Shown piece after piece: positions 49,328 through 56,710 of a DNA stretch of 56,710 nt. Numbering within the stretch: the stretch's first letter is position 1; each line of letters begins with the position of its first letter. The stretch covers positions 1-56,710 of the forward strand of contig CAYTVH010000002.1 in NCBI GenBank assembly GCA_964441805.1, read 5' to 3'. The DNA comes from an uncultured Oscillospiraceae bacterium (lineage in GTDB: Bacteria > Bacillota > Clostridia > Peptostreptococcales > Anaerovoracaceae). The notes below the pieces were generated by a model that was not told the origin of the DNA, searched no databases, and was given only the letters and a program-made list of their open reading frames with translations. The translations under genes and the position numbers were made by a program.

Positions 49328-50031
49328 CAGTCTCGCCCCCTAATCAATAAAATCCTGATCAGATCAGCTACGGCAGTTGCCAATGCTGCCACGTAGGTCA
49401 TTGCCGCTGCAGAAAGGACTTTCTTGGCGCCTTTCTTCTCGGCCGCGTCTATTATCCCCAGACCCACAAGCTGGTTCACAGCTCTCTTGCTGGCATTGAG
49501 CTCAACCGGCAGTGTCACTGTATGGAACAGTATCACCCCACAAAAGAACAGGATCCCAAGATTGAATACTAAATTACCTGTGGTCATATTGCCGATGCCT
49601 ATCAGTATGATCCCGATCAGAATAAGCGGCCATGATGCCGCTGACACCAGATTCACCGCCGGTGCTATGGCACTTCTGAATTTAAGGAATCCGTATGAAG
49701 ATCCGTCCTGCAGAGCATGGCCCGATTCATGGGCTGCTATGCTTACGGATGCTATCGACGTCCCGTTATAAACATCATTTGACAATCTCATCACATCATT
49801 CTTCGGATCATAGTGGTCAGACAAAGTTCCCGCTGTTATTTCAATGGGCACGTGTCTCATGCCGTTATTGTCCAATATCATCCTAGCTGCCTGATATCCC
49901 GTGATGCCCCTTCTGTTGGGCACGCTGCGATATCTGTTGTATGCGCGCTTTACCTTTGCCTGTGCATACAAAGCAAAAATTACAGCAGGTATAAGAACTA
50001 TGATCGTCGGATCAAAATACCCAAAATACAT
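49327..50031 (-). CDS. Zinc metallopeptidase (YugP / Zn_peptidase_2)
   Basis: LSDHYDP, AAHESGHALQ, TLPVELNAS, AAAMTYVA. Confidence 0.9.
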   Translation of the reverse strand: MYFGYFDPTIIVLIPAVIFALYAQAKVKRAYNRYRSVPNRRGITGYQAARMILDNNGMRHVPIEITAGTLSDHYDPKNDVMRLSNDVYNGTSIASVSIAAHESGHALQDGSSYGFLKFRSAIAPAVNLVSAASWPLILIGIILIGIGNMTTGNLVFNLGILFFCGVILFHTVTLPVELNASKRAVNQLVGLGIIDAAEKKGAKKVLSAAAMTYVAALATAVADLIRILLIRGRD

Positions 50032-50053
50032 TAAATCACCCCTAAACTTAATT

Positions 50054-50977
50054 TTATCCTAAAACAGTACCGATTTCAATGGAATTACCCTTTAAATATT
50101 CTTTTATTTCCACTCGTTTCTTGCCCGGCATCTGTATCTGAGTCACCCTCAAAACACTGCCTCCGGCAGCTATATCAAGTCCTTCTGAAGAAGCCTTTAA
50201 AACTGTTCCCGGCTCCTCATGGGAAATCTCATCCAAAACCTCGGCTTTATGGAGCTTTACCATCTTGTCTCCATAGTAAAAATATGTTCCCGGCCACGGA
50301 TCGAAAGCTCTGACGATACGTTCGATTTCCTCAGGAGTTTTGGTAAAGTCCACATGCCCTTCTTTCTTGGATATCATCGGAGCGTAAGTGTGGAGGGAAT
50401 CGTCCTGCTTTTCTCCTGTGATCTCCGCCAGTTTCGGAAGTGTTTTTACCAGCAGGTCCGCGCCCAGCACCGCAAGCTCGTCATGAAGCTGCTGTCCTGT
50501 CTTATTGCCTATAGGTGTGGATACTTTTGACAGCATATCACCTGTATCAAGACCTTCCTCCATGTACATGATGGTTATTCCGGTCTCTTCATCTCCTGCG
50601 ATGATGGATCTTTGTATCGGCGCTGCCCCTCTGAATCTTGGAAGAAGCGAGCCATGGACGTTGATACATCCAAGAGGCGGTATATCCAGGACATCTTTAG
50701 GAAGAAGCTGTCCGTATGCCGCCACAGCAATAACGTCAGGTGCCGCTTCCTTAAGTGTGTTTATGAATTCTTCGTTACCCTTTACCTTTTCAGGCTGCAG
50801 TACAGGTATCCCCAGCTCGATGGCCTTTTCCTTCACAGGCGAAAACTTTATCTTCTTCCCCCTGTCTCTGACTGCATCCGGCTGGGTCACCACATATACC
50901 ACCTCATGGCCTGCATCATGCAGTGCTTCCAGAGATGGTACTGCGAAATCGGGAGTTCCCATATATACTATTCTCAT
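50054..50977 (-). CDS. fmt: Methionyl-tRNA formyltransferase
   Basis: MGTPDFA, INVHGSLLPRFRGAAP, LDTGD. Confidence 0.98.
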   Translation of the reverse strand: MRIVYMGTPDFAVPSLEALHDAGHEVVYVVTQPDAVRDRGKKIKFSPVKEKAIELGIPVLQPEKVKGNEEFINTLKEAAPDVIAVAAYGQLLPKDVLDIPPLGCINVHGSLLPRFRGAAPIQRSIIAGDEETGITIMYMEEGLDTGDMLSKVSTPIGNKTGQQLHDELAVLGADLLVKTLPKLAEITGEKQDDSLHTYAPMISKKEGHVDFTKTPEEIERIVRAFDPWPGTYFYYGDKMVKLHKAEVLDEISHEEPGTVLKASSEGLDIAAGGSVLRVTQIQMPGKKRVEIKEYLKGNSIEIGTVLG

Positions 50978-50991
50978 TCTTATCCCTCGTA

Positions 50992-51456
50992 TTATTCTTC
51001 TGATATGTCGTACATTTCCTTTGCCTTATCCTTGTACAGGATGCCGTCCAGATGGTCGAATTCATGACACATAACTCTGGCATCAAAATCCTCAAAGGTG
51101 TATTCCTGCGGATTCCCGTCTCTATCGAGTCCTTTGATGGTTATCTTCTGAGGTCTGTCAACAAGACCTGAAAATCCCGGTACAGACAGACATCCTTCTT
51201 CGCCTTCAACGGTACCTTCCGTCATGGTGATCTCAGGGTTCACGAAGTAATACAACCTGCCCGGTTCAGGCTCCGCCACGAACATTCTCCTCATGATGCC
51301 GATCTGAGGAGCTGCAAGACCTACGCCCATAGCTTCGTGCATGGTGTCCACCATGTCATCCAGTGTCTCCCTGATCCTGTCAGTCACTTCGCCCACTTCT
51401 CTGCATTTCTTTCTCAGGATCTCGTCGCCTTCTGTTACGATATTTCTCAGTGCCAT
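50992..51456 (-). CDS. def: Peptide deformylase
   Basis: GVGLAAPQ, EGCLS, HEFDH. Confidence 0.98.
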   Translation of the reverse strand: MALRNIVTEGDEILRKKCREVGEVTDRIRETLDDMVDTMHEAMGVGLAAPQIGIMRRMFVAEPEPGRLYYFVNPEITMTEGTVEGEEGCLSVPGFSGLVDRPQKITIKGLDRDGNPQEYTFEDFDARVMCHEFDHLDGILYKDKAKEMYDISEE

Positions 51457-51468
51457 TGATGTTTCCTC

Positions 51469-53493
51469 CTAGCTGAAGCTGTACGGGTTGATGTCCACAA
51501 CTGCCGTATACTCCTTCTTCTTTTTCTTTTTATCTTCTTCTCTGACTTTTGCCAGTATATTGGTGTATTCTCGTCTCTTGCCTTTAGGACATTTTATAAG
51601 CATGGAATACCTGTATGTGTCATTGATTTTGCTCATATACGGCTCCTGAGGATCCAGCATGTTCTTCCTGTCATCCTCTCCCATATGGCTGCTTATCCTC
51701 TCGTGCCAGTCCCATGCAGCCTGCTGTGCCTTCTCTTGTTCATCTGCCGTAAACACCACCTGTATGAGATCGCTGTACGGCGGATATCCCATATACATTC
51801 GCAGCTGCTTTTCGACCCCATAGAATCCTTCATAATCCTGGTTTGCGGCAAAGGTCACCGCATAATGCTCCGGACTGTATGTCTGGATGATAACCTGGCC
51901 CTTTTCGTCGCCTCTTCCGGCCCTCCCTGCAGCCTGGGTGATAAGCTGAAAAGCTCGCTCAGGCGATCGGAAGTCCGGTATGTTCAGCGAAACGTCTGCC
52001 GATATGATCCCCACAAGGCCCACGTTCCTGAAGTCCAGGCCCTTGGCTATGAGCTGAGTGCCTATGAGGATGTGGGTCTTGCCTTTTTGGAAGGCCTTCA
52101 GCTTACGCTGAAGCTCACCTTTCTTTTTGACGGTGTCAAGGTCCAGGCGTTCCACAGTATATCCTTCAAAAAGTTCTGCTATGGTCTCTTCGACTTTTTC
52201 CGTTCCGCTGCCAAAATATCTGATATATCTGCTTTCACATTCAGGACAGCTTGCAGGCGCGGCCGTTTCATATCCGCAGTAGTGGCAGACTGCCTTGTCG
52301 CCTTTCTTGTGATACGTCAGGGACACCCCGCAATGGGGGCAGCTGGCCACGTATCCGCACTCTCTGCATGAAACGAATGTGGAGTAACCTCTTCTGTTGA
52401 GAAACAGCATGATCTGCTTGCCCGATCCGAGCTGCTTCTTCATGGCTTCATATAGTTCACTGCTTATTATTGTTCTGTTGCCGTTCTTTAATTCTTCACG
52501 CATATCCACCACGGATACGTTGGGCAAGGCCGTCTTATTGTATCTTTCGGTAAGCCTTATAAGCTTATATATCCCTTCTTCCGCCCTGCTGTAGCTGACT
52601 ACGGAAGGGGTGGCGCTTCCCAGCACCAGAACTCCGCTGTTATCGGGATCCTGCAGCCTTTTGAGGGCCACTTCTATGGTATCGTACTTGGGAGTATGGT
52701 CAGACTTGTATGTGGATTCATGTTCTTCGTCCACAACTATCATCCCTATGTTCCGAAGGGGTGCGAAAACTGCCGACCTGGCTCCTATGACGATCTTCAC
52801 TTTGCCGTCCCTGATCATCTTCCACTGGTCATACCTTTCCCCCGGGGAAAGTCTGCTATGAAGAACTGCTATATCGCTGTTTCCGAATCTGCCTATGAAT
52901 CTATCTATTATCTGACCTGTGAGGGATATTTCAGGAACAAGTATTATGACTGTCCTCCCATGGTTGAGACATTCTGCTGCCGCCCTTATATAGACTTCCG
53001 TCTTGCCGCTTCCGGTCACTCCATGGATCAGGAATCTATCATGCTGCCCTTTGCTGACAGCTTGGGCGATCTGCCCCAAAGCGCCCTTTTGCTCTTCAGT
53101 AAGAGCCCGGATGAAGGGAGTTTCGCCCTTTTCATCCTCCAAAGGATTCTTGCGCTCTTTCCTTACGGCTTTCTTACCGGCAGGGGTGAAGCATTTGATG
53201 GAATCGATGAATCTGCAAAGGTACCTGTTCTTGAGCCATGCTGCAGATCTGATGATCTCTTCGGTGAGAGATATATCTTCATCGACTTTCTCAACATATT
53301 TGAGGCGGGCTGCCATTTCCTCATCCACTTGGTCACGGACGGATACCACATACCCTTCTCTGAGGCGATTCCCCCTGGCAAACGGCACATAAACTTTGCT
53401 GCCGATGCCCACAGCATCGTCTTCGCATCCATATGTGAACAGACTGTCGGTACTGTCGCTTTTATTGTCTATTACAACATCTACGTATTTCAT
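51469..53493 (-). CDS. priA: Primosomal protein N' (PriA)
   Basis: GVTGSGKT, DEEH, SATP, Cys-rich region, GRAGR. Confidence 0.97.
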   Translation of the reverse strand: MKYVDVVIDNKSDSTDSLFTYGCEDDAVGIGSKVYVPFARGNRLREGYVVSVRDQVDEEMAARLKYVEKVDEDISLTEEIIRSAAWLKNRYLCRFIDSIKCFTPAGKKAVRKERKNPLEDEKGETPFIRALTEEQKGALGQIAQAVSKGQHDRFLIHGVTGSGKTEVYIRAAAECLNHGRTVIILVPEISLTGQIIDRFIGRFGNSDIAVLHSRLSPGERYDQWKMIRDGKVKIVIGARSAVFAPLRNIGMIVVDEEHESTYKSDHTPKYDTIEVALKRLQDPDNSGVLVLGSATPSVVSYSRAEEGIYKLIRLTERYNKTALPNVSVVDMREELKNGNRTIISSELYEAMKKQLGSGKQIMLFLNRRGYSTFVSCRECGYVASCPHCGVSLTYHKKGDKAVCHYCGYETAAPASCPECESRYIRYFGSGTEKVEETIAELFEGYTVERLDLDTVKKKGELQRKLKAFQKGKTHILIGTQLIAKGLDFRNVGLVGIISADVSLNIPDFRSPERAFQLITQAAGRAGRGDEKGQVIIQTYSPEHYAVTFAANQDYEGFYGVEKQLRMYMGYPPYSDLIQVVFTADEQEKAQQAAWDWHERISSHMGEDDRKNMLDPQEPYMSKINDTYRYSMLIKCPKGKRREYTNILAKVREEDKKKKKKEYTAVVDINPYSFS

Positions 53494-53496
53494 CCA

Positions 53497-54132
53497 CTAA
53501 TCTCTCTTGGAATATTCACAACCGCAGTAATCCTGACGGTATAACTCATATTTTCTCGACAGCTCGATGGACCTCTTGAAACCGTCCTTTTTCTTGAAAT
53601 CTCTGTCAAGGAATGACAGACCGTACCTAAGGGCAATGGATCTGCCTATCTCAGATATCAGCTTATAATTCTTGTGGGGGCTCACGGTCAAGGTCGTTCC
53701 AAAATATTCATACCCGTTGAGGCTGGCAGTCTCGGCAGTTTTCTCAAGACGCTGAGTGAAACATACAGTACATCTTGCCCCGCCTTCAGGCTCACTTTCG
53801 AGACCTTCCGTCGCCTTGAAGAATTCCCTCGGTCTGTACTCACCTTCCTTGAAGGCTATCTTGGCTTCACCGATCTTCTCTTCGTTGAATTTATCGATAA
53901 AGCTCAGCTGTGCTTCCTTTCTTCTGCGGTATTCATCCTCATCGGTGATGCAAGGATTGTAGAAGAATATGGTCACATCGAATTCATCGGTGAGACGTTC
54001 CACCACCGCAGTGCTGCAAGGACCGCAGCAGCTGTGAAGGAGCAGCGAAGGCTTGCTTACAGTCTCCTGAAATCCGCCGCCTGTGATAAAATTATTTTCT
54101 TTTTCACATGAGTGCTTGCTGTTTGTAATCAT
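53497..54132 (-). CDS. queH: Epoxyqueuosine reductase QueH (DUF208)
   Basis: LLHSCCGPCS, YNP, EGGARC, TTLTVSPHK, YRQDYCGC. Confidence 0.93.
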   Translation of the reverse strand: MITNSKHSCEKENNFITGGGFQETVSKPSLLLHSCCGPCSTAVVERLTDEFDVTIFFYNPCITDEDEYRRRKEAQLSFIDKFNEEKIGEAKIAFKEGEYRPREFFKATEGLESEPEGGARCTVCFTQRLEKTAETASLNGYEYFGTTLTVSPHKNYKLISEIGRSIALRYGLSFLDRDFKKKDGFKRSIELSRKYELYRQDYCGCEYSKRD

Positions 54133-54192
54133 AATAGAGTATTATATCATATATGGCACGTAAAATACACTGAAAAATGGAGGTTGTCGCCG

Positions 54193-55140
54193 ATGGCTGA
54201 CAATAAAAACCCTATGATTTTCGACAGGTCCGACGGGCAGGAACTGAGGATCAATACCATAAACACATATCTGAAAAACCACTTTGGCTCAAAGGTCGTC
54301 AAGCTCTCCATCGATGGCGGTTTCACATGTCCCAACAGGGACGGAACCAAGGGCGTGGGAGGATGTCTTTTCTGTTCCTCCAGCGGATCGGGAGACATGG
54401 CTGACGGTTCAGGAAATATAAAAGCTGACTTGGATAATCAGATCAAGCTTCTTTCTGACAAATGGCCCGACGCTGCATACCTTGCCTATTTCCAAAGTCA
54501 CACCAACACTTATGCACCGGTGGAGGAGCTGAGGCAAAAATACTATGAGGCATTGGAGCATCCTGCCGTAAAAGGCATCGCCATTGCCACAAGGCCTGAC
54601 AGTATTTCTGATGAAGCTCTGGAGCTGCTGTCGGAGATCAACGAAAAAACGTTTATGTGGGTAGAGCTTGGACTTCAGACTATCCACGAAAGAACCATGG
54701 ATGAAATGAACTTATGTTACCACCTTGGTGATTATGATGATACTGTATCAAAACTGCTGAAACGAGGTATCCGTGTAGTAACTCATTTGATACTGGGTCT
54801 TCCCGGCGAAACCCACGAAATGATGCTGGACTCAGTAAAACACGTCTGCAAAAATAATATATTCGGAATAAAACTCCATATGTTCAACCTGGTAAGGGGT
54901 TCTCAAATGGAACTGACCCATCCCGACTACGTTTCCTTCGAAAGCATAGATGAATATGTGGATCTGCTGATTTCCGCAGTGGAACTTATCCCTTCAGATG
55001 TCACCCTCCACAGGATATCAGGAGATGCACCGCGTTCGACTCTGATCGCACCTGAATGGAGCTACCGGAAGCGTACCATACTGAATACGATACATAAGGA
55101 AATGCGCGAGCGCAACACATGGCAGGGTCGACTGCTATAG
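54193..55140 (+). CDS. TIGR01212-family radical SAM protein (YhcC/YtqA-like)
   Basis: GFTCPNRDG...GGCLFC, YFQ, TRPD, VELGLQT, HLILGLPGE; ATG 54193 after GGAGGT. Confidence 0.92.
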   Translation: MADNKNPMIFDRSDGQELRINTINTYLKNHFGSKVVKLSIDGGFTCPNRDGTKGVGGCLFCSSSGSGDMADGSGNIKADLDNQIKLLSDKWPDAAYLAYFQSHTNTYAPVEELRQKYYEALEHPAVKGIAIATRPDSISDEALELLSEINEKTFMWVELGLQTIHERTMDEMNLCYHLGDYDDTVSKLLKRGIRVVTHLILGLPGETHEMMLDSVKHVCKNNIFGIKLHMFNLVRGSQMELTHPDYVSFESIDEYVDLLISAVELIPSDVTLHRISGDAPRSTLIAPEWSYRKRTILNTIHKEMRERNTWQGRLL

Positions 55141-55152
55141 CCGGAACAACCA

Positions 55153-55367
55153 TTTCACCCAAACTTTCTTTTTGAGATCGTTTCGGCTGAAAAAGTACTA
55201 AGGTTAGTCCCATATAAGCGTATATTTTCTCTAAAACAACTCATGAACAACTCATGTTTCATCCCCTAAAGCTTAATTATTCCTTTTGGGGTGAAACATT
55301 TTGATTTTACTGCAAAAAATTAAAATGTTTCAGCCAAAAACAGTATATTTTCTGCATTTGGCTGAAA
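55153..55367. repeat. Array of three 40-bp imperfect palindromes (TTTCA...TGAAA) plus an 11-bp tandem duplication
   Basis: Units at 55153-55192, 55257-55296 and 55328-55367; (AACAACTCATG)x2 at 55235-55256. Confidence 0.75.
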
Positions 55368-55387
55368 CCACTTTTCCGCGATCTTTT

Positions 55388-55972
55388 CTATTCGTTCGGA
55401 CCGAGTCTGCCTTCATTATAGTGCTTGCGGCACAACGATACATACATATCGTCTCCGCCCACCATGATCTGCTGACCACTCTTAACAAACTTGCCGTCGA
55501 TGACTCTCGCCACCATTGTAGCTTTTCTGCCGCACCAACAGATAGTCTTGATCTCTTCGATCTTATCAGCATATATCAGCATATAATAAGACCCTTCGAA
55601 GAGCTCGTTTCTAAAATCATTTTTGAGTCCGTAAGCCAGGACAGGGATGTCAAAGCTGTCGACGATCTCTATCAATTCTTCCACATGATGCTTTTTGAGA
55701 AATTGACACTCATCCACTACCACACAGTCTATGGGTTCACGATCATTTTCTCTCATGAAGATTTCCAGGATATTGGTCTCATCGTTGACTATTGTAGCCT
55801 CCCTTGAGAGTCCTACCCTGGACGTGATCATTCCTTCACCGAATCTATCATCTATTCCCGGCACCAGTGCCAGTACCCTCTTGCCCCTTTCTTCATAGTT
55901 ATGAGCCACCTTGATGACTTCTATGGATTTTCCGGCATTCATGGTGCTGTATCTGTAATATAACTGTGCCAT
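55388..55972 (-). CDS. tdk: Thymidine kinase
   Basis: STMNAGKS, DECQF, YGLKNDF, CWCG, YVSLCRKH. Confidence 0.97.
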   Translation of the reverse strand: MAQLYYRYSTMNAGKSIEVIKVAHNYEERGKRVLALVPGIDDRFGEGMITSRVGLSREATIVNDETNILEIFMRENDREPIDCVVVDECQFLKKHHVEELIEIVDSFDIPVLAYGLKNDFRNELFEGSYYMLIYADKIEEIKTICWCGRKATMVARVIDGKFVKSGQQIMVGGDDMYVSLCRKHYNEGRLGPNE

Positions 55973-56121
55973 AAGATACTCCTTTCTTCAAGCGAACATC
56001 GCAGAAAAAATGCATTGCCTAATAAAAAAATAAACCCTCGGACATTGTCAGCAAGGGATTATCTTCATATGTAGAAAATATCGCTCTCGATATTTTCGGA
56101 ATATCAACAAAGGCAACCCCT

Positions 56122-56148
56122 AAAAAGAAAAGCGGCGAAGCCGCCTTT
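56122..56148 (-). terminator. Intrinsic terminator of the tRNA cluster
   Basis: GCGGC-TTC-GCCGC followed by TTTTCTTTTT. Confidence 0.6.
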
Positions 56149-56160
56149 GTTATATATAAG

Positions 56161-56236
56161 TGGTGCCCAGACTCGGAATCGAACCAAGGACACGGGGATT
56201 TTCAGTCCCCTGCTCTACCTACTGAGCTATCTGGGC
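56161..56236 (-). tRNA. tRNA-Phe(GAA)
   Basis: GCCCAGATAGCTCAG...CTGAAAA...TTCGATTCC...GGGCACCA; 76 nt. Confidence 0.97.
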
Positions 56237-56262
56237 ATATTTATCATTCGTATTAAGTTATA

Positions 56263-56339
56263 TGGTGGGCCATCGGGGACTTGAACCCAGGACCTGCCGG
56301 TTATGAGCCGGACGCTCTGACCAACTGAGCTAATGGCCC
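56263..56339 (-). tRNA. tRNA with CAT anticodon, probably Ile2 (lysidine)
   Basis: GGGCCATTAGCTCAG...GGCTCATAACCG...CCACCA; the body resembles Firmicute tRNA-Ile2 rather than fMet. Confidence 0.9.
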
Positions 56340-56353
56340 AAATTTTAAAAAAA

Positions 56354-56430
56354 TGGTCGGGGTGGCAGGATTTGAACCCGCGGCCCACTGGTCCCAAACC
56401 AGTTGCGCTACCAAACTGCGCTACACCCCG
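56354..56430 (-). tRNA. tRNA-Pro(TGG)
   Basis: CGGGGTGTAGCGCAG...TTTGGGA...CCCCGACCA. Confidence 0.97.
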
Positions 56431-56452
56431 ATATTAAATTGTTTTAAAAGAA

Positions 56453-56528
56453 TGGCAGGGGCAGTAGGAATCGAACCCACGGCACGCGGTTTTGGAGACC
56501 GCTGCTCTACCAGCTGAGCTATACCCCT
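56453..56528 (-). tRNA. tRNA-Trp(CCA)
   Basis: AGGGGTATAGCTCAG...CTCCAAA...CCCCTGCCA. Confidence 0.97.
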
Positions 56529-56533
56529 ATAAG

Positions 56534-56625
56534 TGGCGGAGAAGATGGGATTCGAACCCATGCGGCCCTAAACGAACCCTAACGGTTTAGCAAACCGTCC
56601 TCTTCAGCCTCTTGAGTACTTCTCC
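56534..56625 (-). tRNA. tRNA-Ser(GCT)
   Basis: GGAGAAGTACTCAAG...TTGCTAA..., long variable arm, CCA end. Confidence 0.97.
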
Positions 56626-56644
56626 AGGCTAAATTCTTTTTATA

Positions 56645-56710
56645 TGGCGGAGAGGGTGGGATTCGAACCCACGGCCCCTTTCGGAGTCACTGGTTTTCAA
56701 GACCAGCTCC
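56645..56710 (-). tRNA. tRNA-Ser(TGA), 5' end truncated by the window edge
   Basis: CTGGTCTTGAAAACCAG, long variable arm, TTCGAATCCC...CCGCCA. Confidence 0.93.

Noticed and set aside
55153..55367. CRISPR array
   Set aside because: The repeats are inverted half-sites with irregular period (104 and 71 nt), there is no identical direct repeat and there are no cas genes
56161..56710. Genomic island integrated at a tRNA 3' end
   Set aside because: No adjacent integrase or duplicated tRNA 3' end was seen; the downstream gene is the housekeeping tdk

Overview
A 56.7-kb chromosomal segment from a low-to-mid-GC anaerobic Firmicute. Gene content and style suggest Clostridia, possibly Anaerovoracaceae/Peptostreptococcales; this is inference. 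Almost all genes lie on the minus strand. The right half is core housekeeping: a tRNA cluster, tdk, a TIGR01212 radical SAM gene, queH, priA-def-fmt-yugP-rsmB-stp-pknB-rsgA-rpe-plsX-rnc-smc-ftsY-der-plsY-gpsA-miaB and spoIVA. The middle (14-32 kb) is metabolic/accessory: an MFS transporter, an orphan HisD-family dehydrogenase, a LacI regulator coupled to a catalytically degenerate PreA paralog, a reductive pyrimidine operon (carbamoylase-preT-preA) with a LacI-type operator, a beta-CASP nuclease, a sigma54 activator, a class III aminotransferase, homoserine dehydrogenase, a PTS-IIC-like protein, FmdE and DUF3842. The left part holds proA/proB/proC, spoVS, nudF, an inverted spoIIM, xerD, rplS-rbgA-rnhB and fhs-folD-orr. 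The most unusual signals are: (i) an orphan RSKSE/PD-(D/E)XK-like nuclease gene followed by a ~197-bp degenerate palindrome with fixed spacing, with a second partial copy 15 kb away and a different fixed-length palindrome array at 55 kb; (ii) a PreA pseudoenzyme translationally coupled to the LacI repressor; (iii) a promoter- and terminator-bounded C-rich small RNA. I found no CRISPR array, transposase or prophage.
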